Shown here: in pieces, positions 37,823-51,499 of the stretch
How the letters are laid out: each line of letters begins with the position of its first letter
Numbering within the stretch: the first letter of the stretch is position 1
NCBI GenBank assembly: GCA_013265495.1
Contig: MU058241.1
Location: 186,001-250,000, forward strand
Length of the DNA: 64,000 nucleotides
Reading direction: 5' to 3'
Source of the DNA: Vicugna vicugna
Lineage: Eukaryota
The notes under the pieces: generated by a model
What the model was told of the DNA's origin: nothing
Seen by the model: only the letters and a program-made list of their open reading frames with translations
Database searches by the model: none
Position numbers and translations under genes: made by a program

Positions 37823-39174
37823 ACCCTTGGGAAGAAGAGCACGCAGTGACGGGCAATGCTTTTCAAAATGAAGACCACAGGAGCTCTGCTCTGACTGTAT
37901 ATGCAGTTCATAAGCTCCGACCTATGGGGTTCCACCAGTAACTCAGTTATTCTACATATAGGACTAGCAATTGACCAGTATTGGTTTGAAGCTCCTCACT
38001 TAATGGTTTTCCTTCTAATCCATTTCAGAGGCAAATGAGTACAGTGTGATTTTTCAGTTCAAAAACAGTTTGGTGAAAACCCCAAGTACTTCATGCTGTG
38101 GTCATTGCAGTGAGCCACTTGGGGCAAAGTGGAAGGAGAGAGTGCCTCTAGCAGGATGAAGAGGTGAAGAGAGGGGCATCGTAGGAGCAGTTCTTTTCTA
38201 ATCACTCTTACATTCGATTGGCTGAAGATTCTCCCTCTTGGAGCACATGCGGCTTTGACAAGGCTGAGTGTCAGAGTCCCCTTCCTTGATGTGAGCTCAG
38301 GTTCTATGCATGGGTGACAGGATGAGTGCTAGCCTGCTTGACCATCGTGACTGAAACCTGGTGACTCACCATGGCTAACAGCTGACGCTCGAGCTCCTGA
38401 GAAAGGGAGATGCTGAGAGGAGAGAAGAGGAAGTGGAGCCATTGTTAGGAGACCGCTGTGCCTTTTATCCTTGCTGGCAGCTTCCCATTTTGTCCAGTCA
38501 GTGAGTCCATTCTCCAAGTTGGCAGTGATCTATAAAAGGATTTCTTGCCCCAGTCCACAGGCATAAGTCCCAGAGACCCTCTCAAATGGTCAGATTCTTT
38601 TGTGTCTGTTCTCAGTGAAGCAGGCTTCAGAAAGATGTCATCTCTCTCCCCCTAGCTCTGCACCATGTGATACTCCGTCAGGTCTGATTAAGGCGAGAAA
38701 ATGGCATTCAGCACACAGGTACTGAGCACTTTAGTTACTGAGAAGGATGCTGGGGCTGGGGGAATAAGGCTAAGATCCACTCTGCCTTCAGGGAGCTGCT
38801 CATCTAGTAAGAAAGGACTTGGCAAAGATGAGCAAAGGCCACGGGAACCCAGAGGAAGGAGCACTGAACACTTCTGGAGGAGATGAGGGGTGATACTCTA
38901 CGTAATATCTCTTGGGTCGTCTGCTAATCTTTTTAAGTGGGGATTATGGACAGGTGCTGGCTCTGCAGCGCCAGAGAGCAGAGAGCAGTGAACGTGTGAC
39001 TTTCAGGTCCCCTGGTGAGAATCTAGCTTCCTGTGCCATGGGCAGCTTCCATCTCTGGGTTTGAAAAGAACTTTCCTGTGGTAATCTGCATTTGGGGATA
39101 GAAACTCAAAGAAGGATCTGTAAAGGACCTTTTCTAGGTTAAGAATCACTTCACGAAATCAGTTTACCTTAGGC

Positions 39175-39481
39175 TAGGGGTGGGCAAACTATACCCCTAC
39201 TGGCTGCCTGTTTTTATATGGCCCATAGGCCAAGAATGCATTTAGCATATTTAAGTAGTTTTTTAAAAAAAGTAAAACGTAATATTTCCTGAAATGTGAA
39301 AATTAGATAAAAATCAGATTTCACTGCCCTATATAAAAATAAAGTTTTATTGGTGCCCAGCCACACCCACTTGTTTCCATATTGTCCACAGCTGCATTGG
39401 AGCTACAGCAGAGGGTGTGTGACCCACAGAACCTCAGATATTTACTGTCTGCCCTGCAAAGAAAAAGTTTGCCAACCCCTG
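39175..39481 (-). mobile_element. MER58B hAT MITE, complete with TIRs and 8-bp TSD
   Basis: TIRs taggggtgggcaaact / agtttgccaacccctg; TSD ccttaggc 39167-39174 / ccttaggt 39482-39489. Confidence 0.9.
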
Positions 39482-40011
39482 CCTTAGGTCGCGCAGTAAA
39501 GTAAGTGAACAAAAACATACACAACTTGTAGGTAGAACAGCTCGTCCTGCTAGTCCATGAAATAAGTGGAACAGAAACACACACCACTGTAAGCACGGTG
39601 TGCGAAGGCTGGTCAGTAACTGGTTATAAAAAGATTGGCAAGAGCCTGGGAAATATGAGTATATTTAGAATAAAATCAGTTTCAACATTTACATCTACTG
39701 ATGCCAGTTCAAACACAGAGAAGAAAATGAACAAAACCATAATGTTTCTCATTCTGGCAGGAATTCAGGCTAATTGGGGCCATTGGGCATATTCTCTGAT
39801 TACATCCAAGCCTGCTTCTTCTGGAAAATTCTCATGGAGATGACTAAAGACTGGTCCACAAGTTTGGAAGGAATGTGGAGGCTCCTTTTCACCCTGAAAA
39901 CAAATTGGCTTGGGTGCCAAACCATTTGAACGTTGTCAAAGCTTATTGTTCTCCCCTTTTCCTCTTACACTCCTGCCTTTTTTGTCTTCATCGATCAGAT
40001 TGCATTCTGGT

Positions 40012-40270
40012 ATTATTCATGTAATCAACAAATATTTATTGATCACTTGCTGTTTGTCAGACACGGTTCTCTGCACTTGCAATTTGCCTGTGAACAAACA
40101 GTTCTAAATCCGTGCCTTTTTGGAACTTATAGTCTATCAGGAGAGTCAGAAAAATCTATATGATAAGTAAGTACCACCCACAGCATCTTAGATAATAAGG
40201 TGGCAAGGAGAAAAGTGGAGTGGGTGGTGCATGTTCAGGCTGAGAGATGTTGCAGTTTTAGACAGAGTGT
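40012..40270 (-). mobile_element. L2 3' end
   Basis: tcaacaaatatttattgatcacttgctgtttgtcagacacggttct..ggaacttatagtcta. Confidence 0.8.
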
Positions 40271-42429
40271 CCCGTGGTGGTGGGAGGCTCATGGGAGAGA
40301 TACGGTTGGTCCGTCTGGATGATCAATACCAGCATCAACAAACGTGTGGGTACCTGAGTGTCCCCAGATGGGCCAGCAACTAGCTCAACCACAGCGGGAA
40401 ACAAGATGGAGTGGTAATGCCCAGAAGGCACTGGAAAAGGTCTCCAGTTCCTACCTCCCTAATTTCAAATTCAAGATAATTCTTCAAGCCTGCTGGAAAT
40501 ATAACTTGTCAAGGGAATGAATCCAGGTAGCCTGAAGTGACCAGTGAGATGGACACAGCCTGGCTGTGGGCCTCTTTCTCTTTTTGATGCTCTTGTCCGA
40601 TGGTAGAGACAGAACCTGGTTCTCTGGGAGTCCTCACTATCCTGGCCCCAGTGGAGCTTGCCTGAGCCGTACTTTTTCATAGATCTAGAGCCTCTCAAGT
40701 GGGATTTAGATGGGTTTAAATAAGCAGGTTTGGTAAATCACTCTGAATCTCTGCACAACTAAGTTTTCTGAAGTACTTTTTGTTAACTTGTTTTGTACTA
40801 AGTACAACACTCCATCATCATCTTAAAGTAATAGATCAATTTAAGTTCATTTAGCTTTGTCCCTGCTCAAAGTAATTGTCTGAGTTTATATGCTCACTTT
40901 CATTGCTTGGAATCATTTTGAGTACATGAAATGTATATCAATGTACACAAACATATCTACATAAATAAAATGATATATGAAAAGTATAAAATATAAAAAA
41001 TGTCTCACATGTGTATCTCTATATAATAGTACTTGCAATTACATGTACATGTTATCCAGTTACATCCAGATAACCAGATTTATCTGTACTAACAGCGTAT
41101 ATAGAAATACTGTATACGAGGCATAAATGTGTTTCAAAATATATTTTTACTAAATAGAGGTGGATGGAGCAGATATATAACGAAGATATATTTATGTGAA
41201 CTATCTCACCGGTTTTTTTTTTTGAAAAGTTTTGTTTTTAAAAGCTGAGTAGGAAACTGGAATTTAATTTATTTCTGGAAAAAAATTGATATAATTTGAA
41301 TAAAAAATAAACAGACTTTCCCATTGGATTTGAAATGCAATTTGTAATGTAAATTTTGGGAAAGATGGTTGTTTTTCTTTTCTAGGAACCTAAACAATTC
41401 TTAGGATGGTACTCTGCATTCTTTGGAAAATTAATAGGGATAACATAGTCATTCAAAGGAAAGATAAAGTCCACAACAAGCGAGTTCCACAGATAAAATC
41501 ACCCCCGCCGCCCACTCCCACAAGGTGGCGGGTAGTGTAAAAGGGGCCCATTTGATCTGTGTCTCCCGTCAGTGCTCATTGGTGCTTTCATAGAAGTAAC
41601 AAAGGGCAGAGAGCCCTTGTGGAAATCTTTTCTTTAGGACAAGAATCAAAACTTAAAGAGAGATAAAAGCATCAAAATTGAATGAAACCTCTCCTTAGTT
41701 AGTAAGTACTCTTTGTGCATACCACTATGTCCAAAATTAAATTTTTTCAATGTAAGACATAGAGATAATTGATTTTGTTCCCTGGACTTCACTGAAAATG
41801 AATATTTGCCAGCTGTTTCCCACTTACGATTATCTTTCATTCTCTCCGTGTTTCTGGGTGATGACAACCCAGGGTGATGGGGAGCCTCGTCCCTGTGCCT
41901 GCCTGCCCAGGGATTCTGGTGTTATAGTCTGGGATGTGGCGTAGGCATCAGGACTTTAAAAAGCCCCCCAACCTCCCATCCTAACATTCTAGCATTCTCA
42001 CATAATTCTAGGAGAACTATGTAATCATCCAAAGTTTCTCAGGGCCTCAGCAAACTGCATTTAATCTTTTTGACTCTCATCCTTTCGATGAAAAGAAGTG
42101 ATGCCCCTCGTTCAAATGACAAAGCAATCAGTGCCTGAGTGAATTGGACTCTCATGGTCTTGAACACGTATCGTTTGGGCATTTCTTTTGTACGCAGAGT
42201 CCATGATGTGTTAAAGCCATGGAGTGCTCATTTGTGATGCAAAGGGTGAGAGAAATAATCCATTTACCAGTGTGGGAAGGTGAAGTGAGAACTGCATTAA
42301 CTGTTTCCTTCCTTTTCAATTTCAGATTTGGGTTCCTAGCTCTGATTAAGGGAGAGAAGAAGCCAGGCAGCTAGAGTGACCCTAGGGAACTGTTAACATT
42401 GCCCAGAATATTGCCAGGGCGTTGAGTGG

Positions 42430-42700
42430 AGTGTGGGGTCCTACTAGCTTGCCTTCTCTCCGTCCCAGTGACTGTGGGGCAGATAAGAAAATGGGCTCCG
42501 GCAGCAGATAACTCAGTCAGATTCGCCATCTTCACAGAGATCTAACCTGTCCCTAGGCTTCTCCATCTAATACTTCCCAAGAGATAATGAGAGCCCCTAC
42601 CTCAGTGTAGCAGGACTTAAATAAACTCCCAAACAAAATATTCCACAGACTGTGGGGCACCTAGTAATTGCTCAATAAATGCAAAAAAATTATTATCACT
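42430..42700 (+). mobile_element. MIR
   Basis: gataatgagagcccctacctca..ggcacctagtaattgctcaataaatg. Confidence 0.6.
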
Positions 42701-43783
42701 TTGGTACATCTGTTTTTTTCAAGCAGTGACAGCATCTTTTGGGATGTGAATTTTGTTTTTCTTTTTTCCCTCTTTTCAGGAAAAGGTGGAAATAAAATTC
42801 AAAGGAAATTTCAAAGGAAAATGTGGAGATAAACATTTTTAAAAATACATGTGAAATGAAGTATAGGTGTTAATTGGAGCTAGAAATCTTCAGAGATTTA
42901 CTTCAAATGGAGTTCTGTAGACAGTTGGAAGTGCTGGCATTACACTGTTGTGGGAATGTCCAGTCTTCAGCCAGGTGGTCCTCCAACTGTGAACTTTGTG
43001 CTTATTGTATCTTATTAACTCTCAAACTCCCACCCATCGGCCTTTCTTTCTGTTGTTTTTCTCCACAGCTTAGACATTACGACTCTTCGTTTCACTTTTT
43101 TACTTCTATAACTTAGTAAACTTTCACCCCACTACCCCACAGGCCCACCCTTAACCACTCTTCAATAACTTGAGGCCCCTCTCCTGATTCCATTTCTTTC
43201 TAAGTCTTAGAACATCCTTGAGAGGAAAGGATGGCCTTTTCTTGAGGAACTTGAAAGTTCTGTCCATCTTAAGTAGAATTTATAAGATTCAAATGCATAG
43301 AACTAGACATGCTATTTTCATTGGTCCATCATGGCCTTTGCTTTCTTTGTTATTCCCTTTACTAAATAACATGTTGAACACCCACTGAACCACAGAGCAG
43401 GGACTCACGTTAAGTAGATCCCAGACTCCGGTCCTGTTCTGTCTGAGTCTAAAGCCCAAACCCTGTTCATCGGCGCCCCTTGGTGCCTCTCGTTCTTTCT
43501 TTACAACCAATGGCACCGATGCAATGGAAAAGCAGGCGTCATTTCACTTAAGAAATCATTCTGTGGGAGTCTCCTTTGAGGCAGCCAGAACATTTTCAAA
43601 GTTAAATCAGTCTTTTGTGGAATTTTGGAGAATCACTTTTCCTATTCCTCTGAATACTGTTTGACGTCTGCTTTTCTGAGATCACCAGATTTGAAGAGTG
43701 GAAACAGCAGGGTTGGTTTTAAGCTGAAGAACATCGCTAGCTAGGGAACTAGTCAAGAAATCACTTGATTTAAGAGTTGTGTC

Positions 43784-44221
43784 ATTGTTTTAGATTCAAC
43801 ATTTAAGTGATATCATGTGGTATTTGTCTTTTTCTTTCTGGCTTCCTTCACTTAGTACAATAATCTCTAGGTCCATCCGTGTTGTGGCAAATGAACTTAT
43901 TTACAAAACAGAAACAGACTCACAGACATAGAAAACAAACTTACGGTTACCAGGGGGGAGTAGGGGAGAGGGATAAATTGGGAGTTTGGGATTAGCAGAT
44001 ACCCACTACTATATATAAAATAGATAAACAACAAGGTCCTACTGTACAGCACAGGGAACTATTCAACACCTTGTAGTAACCTATAATGAAAAAGAATATA
44101 TAATATGCGTGTGTGTCTGTATGTGTGTGTAACTGAATCACCATGCTATACACCAGAGACTAATGTAACATTGTAAATTGACTATACTTCAGTAAAAATT
44201 TATATTTGACAGGGGGAAAGG
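43784..44221 (+). mobile_element. Short L1 3' insertion with 5' inversion (twin priming) and 12-bp TSD
   Basis: Inverted segment 43784-43893, sense 3'UTR from 43888; TSD aagagttgtgtc 43772-43783 / 44222-44233. Confidence 0.88.
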
Positions 44222-44815
44222 AAGAGTTGTGTCCCTAGGTTTCCCCAACTGTCCTTCATTCTCAGGTAGTGGGGGAGACCTAGAGCAGAAGACAGGAAGG
44301 ATAAATTATGTATAGCTGTCTTGAACTGAATGGTCCTCCCTTTTATAATGAAACCCATTTGGACAGCTATGTGATTTCCAAGCCACCCTGCCCCCCACCC
44401 CTGCCCGGACTGTTTCTAGGCTGTCAGGATCATTTCCTAATGTGTGTGATGTACTCCACAGCATGGTCTAGTAAAATAATATCACTGTATCTGTCTGTTA
44501 GTAGCAAACTGGGGAGAGAGTTCTGCTTCACATCTGGAGCACGTCAACCCGAGTAGAACCTTGATGATGAAAGATGGTGCAACTACTTTATCTTTGTGTT
44601 AGCAAGTTACAGAATGGTCTTGCCTTCATGTGTATTTGAAAGTGTTTTTTTTTCCATTAAAAGAGCAAAACCTCCATCAATATGATCAAAAATTATGAAA
44701 GACGACATTAAAAAGAGAGGGGAACAAAATCATTTGTTGTTTCTACCACTCAAAGACATTAACTGCTAACATTTCAGGGAATCTCTTTTCAGTCTTTAAA
44801 AAAAAAAATCTATGT

Positions 44816-44983
44816 GTGGTCTATGGGCCAGCTAGGCACCAGCTAGAAGCTTGTTACAAATGCATATACTCAGGCCCTGTCCCAGACCCAACAGATCAGA
44901 TTCGAGAGGTGGGGTCCATGCATCTATATTATAACACGTCCCCAGGTGAGACTGACGCACTCTCCAGTCTGAAAAGTGTTACA
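44816..44983 (+). mobile_element. MER5A-like MITE (left arm of an inverted pair), inside an L1ME remnant
   Basis: gcttgttacaaatgca..ctcaggccc..ccaggtga motifs. Confidence 0.8.
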
Positions 44984-45336
44984 CTGCAAAAAATTGTGCT
45001 CACACCAAATGCGTAATTCTGTATTCTTCATTTTAAGTTTAATATTGTATTTCTCCATATTTTTACATATCATCTCAAACAACATATTTAATGGCAGCAT
45101 GATTTTTTAATGTAATTACTTTCACCTTTTCCCTTATTATTTCCTCCTTTTTTTTTGTCTGCTTCAAGGATTCAGTAAATTGTGGCCTGTGGAGTTAATG
45201 CCTTTTAAATAGAATCTTGGCTAATGTTGTATACCTGTGACCTGGACATACCGTACATGATACTAGACTTGAAATGTATCTAATCTATGTATGTAATAAC
45301 CAAAGTGACAGAAAAGAGGTCATTGGGGGTTTGGCA

Positions 45337-45506
45337 TGTAGCACTTCTCAGACTACAGAGTGTATCAGTCTCACCTGGGGGATGTGTTAAAACACAGTTG
45401 CATGGACCCCCACCCCTTGAATCTGATCTGTTGGGTCTGGGACGGGGCCTGAGCATATGCATTTCTTATAGGCTCCTTGCTGGTGCCTATCTGGCCCACA
45501 GACCAC
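45337..45506 (-). mobile_element. MER5A-like MITE (right arm of an inverted pair)
   Basis: Reverse complement aligns end to end with 44816-44983. Confidence 0.8.
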
Positions 45507-47744
45507 CCACTGAGTTGCTCTCACACATGTAACCGGGTCTTGATGATAATTTTTACATGCTTACCTAACTTTGCTGTTGGTATTTTAATAAAGGGAAACA
45601 AGTTAGTAAGCCCCATGCATGGGTCTCATGTTGGTCTAATACATGTTGGCCGCCGGTGGCATTGACTGTGGGAGGCATTGAGCTATATGTGTGCAGTTTA
45701 GTTCACATTAAAACCTGCAGTTAAACTTTCAGGTCCCTTTTGCACTAATTTTCCTGCTTATTATAAATGGGGGGAGGGATGGGTCAAAGTACAGTTTTTT
45801 TCCTCAGCCATTTGTAATCTCAGATTCAATGATGACTTCTTTTTGCCATCACCAGCTGGAATCCTTGACCATTTCCCTCTTTGATTGCTTTCTTGGACGT
45901 CACACCAAGCATAAGGCGGAAAGTCTTTTAATGCCTGTCCTTGTTTAGTGTCGGGGCCGCCTTGCTCAACTGCATGCAGAAATTCTCTGCTCTGGGGATT
46001 TTGGAGCAGAAAAACTGAAGCTGGATGTGGACCACACCCGTTTCCCTAACAGCAGCTGCAGCTTCAGAGAATGAAAACCAGTGTTCCGTAAATGAATATG
46101 CAAATCTGTTGTTGATGAGGGTGGAATCAGATTGTCTCCCAAAGCAGAATGAGAGTCACTGGGTTGTCCACAGCCATTTTCCGTTCTGGGCACAGTTGCC
46201 TTCCTGGGACAAAATGTGCTCCTGGGGGTTTATGCTGCCCTGAAACAAGCAAGCTCATCATCCACAGATGCTGTATTTGAAGAGTTCTTTTTAGCCTGTT
46301 CTCTCCTCTGGTGAGATGTGGGCTGTGTACGTGGAGGAGTGATGTTTTCCAAGACCTCCGAGGGTCTGAAATCTGTGGGCAGTTTCCCGCTCTGCCTGCG
46401 GGCTCTCTTTTATGTTTTCAGGCAGAAAGCCCTGTGGAACTGAACAGAATTATTTTTTATTTTGTCTCATCACACAAGGGGTTCTTTCAGTAAAACGGCT
46501 TCCGGTTTGATGGGGGCAGAATGAACCTTTTTGTTTCCCTCGCGTCTCGTTGGCACAAATGACAAAATAACCCCTTATAAAACACACCGGGTGGAAACAG
46601 TCATTTCGTTTTTTGAGATAAACTTTGTGGACCCCCCCAGTTTGGTACAGGCTGATGGTGAAATGCAAACAGCACATTTCAGCCCAGCATATTTTCGACT
46701 AGCTTGGAATCTCATAATGTCCTTGGGGACCAAGTGGCCAGTGTGACTTAGGAGAAAGCTCTCTGGGGAAGACACAGATTTCAGTTTCAAGAAAGAGGGG
46801 AAGGAAGGCTGTGTCCTGGTTCTTTTGAGATGCTAGGATTATCCCTAACAAAAACATAGTAGTTTCCCTGGCAACGAGAGATAAGAGAAAAATGCTCATA
46901 AATTTCCCCCACCTACTCATTTTTTAAAATGCAGTGAGGCAGATGGTTTGGATAATGCAGGTATTCCAGGGTCTAATTTACTCAGTGTCGATAGAAGGAG
47001 CGTAAATATTGAATTGTTTGCTCTGCAGTTTGCAAAACTGCAGCCTGACAACTCTTTCAGAGATGAGAGCTTTCCAGAGATCCTGCCTCTCTATCAATAA
47101 TCCAAACAGGATGTTGGCAAAGAGAGAGCATTGTAGACCCAAATCCCTTGGCGTGTGTGAAGGCGATAGGCAGGGTGAAAAATCCAGCACGGTTGGTAAC
47201 ATAGGATCAAAGAAAGCAAGGCTGTCAAAAGGATAGCTAGAAAGAAACAGAGGTCCAGCGGTCAAAAGTATAAACCATTGAGTATCGGCAAGAAATTGTT
47301 ACAAAATCTGTTTATTTTATATAGCCGTGCAATTTAGCATTAGACCATGCTGCTGTCAAATGGTGTTGCTTATGGAGGCTCTGTCTTTGCATTTCACCAT
47401 CTCAAAGGCTTTTCTTTATTGAGCCCAGCTGCGTTCCCACTGGAGATGGTTCCTTGGCTTTACAACTGAAGCCACCTCACGTGTGCAGAGAAGTGTGTGA
47501 GGAGGCAGGCCAGCCTTGGGTCTTAGGTGGGGAGGGGCTGAGAGATGAAAATTTCCACTGACAGGTCAGAAACGGAAAAGCTCTTGGTCCCCTGCATTGT
47601 AAATTATTAAAAATGGTTTCTGGCTTGTGTTTGTGTACAATGAAGATTTCAGTTCCTTTAATATTTCTTTGGTGTCTATAACCTGGATTCTCATTGTGCT
47701 CAGACAAGTATGTGATACATGGATAAACTATTTTTAAATTTTAT

Positions 47745-47890
47745 TTTTATTAAAACTTTTTGAGGTTTAGTTGATGTATATAATATTATATGTTTCAAGT
47801 GTACAGCATAGTGATTCATCATTTTTAAAGGTTGTACTCCATTTATAGTTATAAAATATTGGCTATATTCCATCGTGCTGTACAATATAC
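47745..47890 (-). mobile_element. L1 3' terminal fragment
   Basis: gtttcaagtgtacagcatagtgattca..ggctatattccatcgtgctgtacaatat. Confidence 0.75.
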
Positions 47891-50586
47891 ATTTTGAAAG
47901 TGAAATTTGAAGTATTCATATATGTTTACATTTATAGATCTATGTGAAGATATTCATATATACTATACTTATAGATGTATGTGAACATATATATCCATCT
48001 ATCTGTCATCCATCTATCCATCTCAGCAGGATATCCGTCTGGATTATATGTCTCTTTCTAAGACATACAGATTTATTTTCACTTTATATACATTAAAGAT
48101 AATTTACTTAAATCCATTCTTTAGTTTATTCCAGGAAAATGACTCACGAAAATACCAGATAATCCTGCGTTTATAATGGAAAAGATAAGATAGCTTGGCA
48201 GACAGGATGGCTGTGTTTCAGCTCTTGTCAGCCCCGGATACAATGTTCATTGTTCTTGGCTGAAGTTCCCATTGTTTGGTGAATACGAGGAGGCTTTTGC
48301 TGAGATTTGCTGCATCCCAGCCTATTTCCAGACAGTTGTCAAATGTGACTGATAAACACAATTTAATTTCCTCTTTATAAGAAATAGCTTGAATGTGTGC
48401 TAATACTTAGGTGGAAAACGTGTCAATTTTCCATTTCATGAGGGCTGTGAAGCTCATGATTGTTTGGCTCTCAAAGAATCCATGCCTTCCAGCTCATCTC
48501 AGGCCGGTCCTCATGAGACGGTGCCTTTGGGTTCCCCTGACAGGACATGCTCCGTTGTTCAGCTCTGATCAGTCCCGCTTGTTTATTAGGCATGATGATT
48601 AAAGCCGTGGAGAGCTTGGAAGGAAAATTCTCCAGATGGTGAGCTTTCCAGTCCACATTCATAAAACTTTTGGGAAGACTCCAACTTCTATTTTGTTTTT
48701 GTAAGGGATCAACTTATATTATTTCATGAATGAAATGAGACTTTGGGCTGAAGATAAACTATTCCACTGCGACTCTTGGCAGCTATAATATATAGTTGAA
48801 GGGATCTGGATTGCCCCCAAATCTCTTTTAATTAATAGCTGATGGATGGTTGCTTTTGGGGCTGTGAACAAGTTAATGTAGCAAAATGTGGTTTATATTT
48901 GCAGCGTGGATTTTGGGACACTCATGTAATAGTCCTGATGTCAGTACACGTTCAAACTGGCATTTAAATTTTAGGGTATTGTGTATACCTTCCTAGGGTA
49001 GTGGTGTTCCAGGATGACGGTGTGAATGCTAAATGATCGTGTGACGAGGACTGGATGTGCAGGATAAAGATGTGCATTTATGTGGGGCCTGTGAAAGTCA
49101 TTTCCCAATACATGTTTTTGTTTCCATTTACAGACAGGCGGCTTCCTAGGTATTACGAAAGTCTTTCAGTGAAGACTTGTGACATACTTTTGAAACAGGA
49201 CAATCAAAAAAAAAATTTCACCTGAAAGATATTGGAGCCCATGTCATTCCATGGGGATAGGTAATAATTAGAGGAACTTGAGTCAGTGTTATCTGAAAGA
49301 GCCTTTCAGAAATTACCAAGAAGGAATCGAGGTGATGCTGAGCTGCTTGGATCGGTTTGTCTCTCCCTCTCAGTTTTGCTTTGCTTACATCCTGTTTTAA
49401 ATTCAATGGAAAAGAGTGACCTGCAGTCCAGCCAGTGTGTCGGGTTAGATGTCTTCATAGAGAATTTAGCTCTGGCCAGGAGTTCTGCTCTTCTCTTGGA
49501 CTCGTGTGTGCCTGCATCACTTTTCCATTTATTTCCACAGTGATGTGTCCATATTCTTTGAAATTGCATGTCTCCCTCCTGACTGTTCCCTTATCTCTCC
49601 TTTCCCACATTTAAGCAGCGAGGTTCTTGTGAGCTCATTGCCCCACTGCACAAAGCAAAGGAGAACAGGAACATTACTGCTGGGCTTTGGCTTCCAGGAG
49701 CTGCAGATCCTAGGGAAAACAGTAGGCTCTTTCTGGATAGAAAATTTGGGCAAGTTTGTGGATTGAGGAGAGGCAGCTCTCCCAAGGAATTAGAAAATAT
49801 TTGTCGGGGGCCCAAGATGGGGAGGAGAGAATGTGTGTCTAGAAGGGCTTTCCAGGAGGTGCCCTGTCTGAGACCGCCCACTCAGAGAGGACTGAGTGGA
49901 TAGAGCCTTTGAAGGCTCTGCAGAGATCGAGGGAACCTTCCATCAGCAAGAAGAGCGGCAGCATCTGGCGGACACTACCTCAAGTCTGGCCGTTGTGAGG
50001 TCCCTGGGTGAGGGTAGCTCGTCTGTCCCAACAGCAGGGAGTAGGGCTGCTTCTGGGAGCCCAGAGTGCTCTGGGAACATGGGGGTCGAGATGCTCAGGC
50101 TGGTCCAGGTGAATTTCCCTCTTCTCTGTCTCAGAGCCCCACTCTTTTCTCATGAAGGCTGTGCCTTTGACTCGGAAGTCAGGCTGCATGTTCAGTCTCT
50201 TGCAGCTCTGTCATCTGTCAAATGAGAAGCTGGGCCTCATTTTCAGCACATTCTGCCCAGTGGTTACTGGAGATGAGTGTCCCAAATTGGTGGATAGCTT
50301 CCCTGAGCCTCTAAATTTCTTGCGAAGCTTCTAATGCCATCAAGAGAATTCCTCCTGCACTTAACCGTTCTAACTATCACTGTCCCCTCGCCACACCTGA
50401 CCTTCCACCTGTGCCTCCTCTCCATTAACCACAGGTGAAGCCATAGCTGTGATGTCCCTACATGCCAGGAGTGATCACTACCCTGTTTATGATCAGTGAT
50501 CAGGTCCCTATTGCTGTCAGACTGGCCACCCACTTCCAAAATCCTATCCTCAGGGTGTTCTTCCTGAGGCCGCTGTTGGTGCCAGC

Positions 50587-50920
50587 TGTCTTAGGTCAGA
50601 TTCTCTAGGAAGTGGACCTTGAACCAATGGCATATGTGGAAATATCGTATTGAGAAGCGTGATCCCAGGGAAGCAGGAGACCAGGGAGAGGGGAATGTGG
50701 TAGGGAGGGTAATGGCCTCCCTCAGAGATGTCCTGAAATGGTGCGTGTGTTATCTTACGTGGCAAAGGTGCCAAGTGAGGCGTGAGGCAAGGTGTTGTCA
50801 AACTGCGCCCGGAGGTCAGCCTAAGCTCCTCACATTGGCCACTGCAGGGCTGGCTAGGCCGATGTGTGGCCGACAGCCTCAGGGACAGATGAGGCCAGGA
50901 GGACCCAAGATGAGGCAGAA
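50587..50920. mobile_element. ERVL LTR fragment (LTR33/LTR16-like)
   Basis: tgtcttaggtcagattctctaggaagtggaccttga..gtgatcccagggaagcagga. Confidence 0.5.
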
Positions 50921-51499
50921 GGCACACCATCTGAATCAGGAAGAGGAAAGGGGAGATGTTCTAGCAGGTCCCTGCGTGATGTTAATCTTGGGACCCTCCA
51001 GGAACGTTTTCACAAATGTGTAGTGCGGGAAAAAAACGATCCTAGTTCTCTTTAAAAACACCTCATTTTCTTGAAGGATCTTTTCTTTTTTAAAGTGCTT
51101 TTAAATTTACAACCTATTGTATCCTGTAAATCCTGGTGCGGCTGTGGGTGAGGTGGGACCATATGTCTAAGACTGTCTGCCGTGGTCTTTTTCTCCAACT
51201 GGCCCTCCTTTGGCTGGTGGTTTGGGTCTCTGTCTCTGCCCCTGGAAAGCTGATCCCTGGTGCTTTCCCTAATGACCTGCTGATACCACGCACAGCCTCT
51301 CACCCTAGTGTCCCTGCCTCAGGGTTCAAGGTTTCTGAATTTCTGAGCTGGACAGGCTGGCTCGTAACTCTGGGGCCCCTGACCCTGGCTCCACCCTCTG
51401 CTTTGCCCCAGACTCTCAGGTATTCTGCTGGATTCTGACCTCAATGTGATCACTTCTGTTACTTAATAATTTGAGACATCATCATCATCAGTTTACCTT

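Noticed and set aside
42750..42790. Strong polypyrimidine/CAG acceptor (similar ones near 20510, 21792, 42325, 49132)
   Set aside because: No convincing paired donor or recognisable reading frame; expected by chance in T-rich DNA
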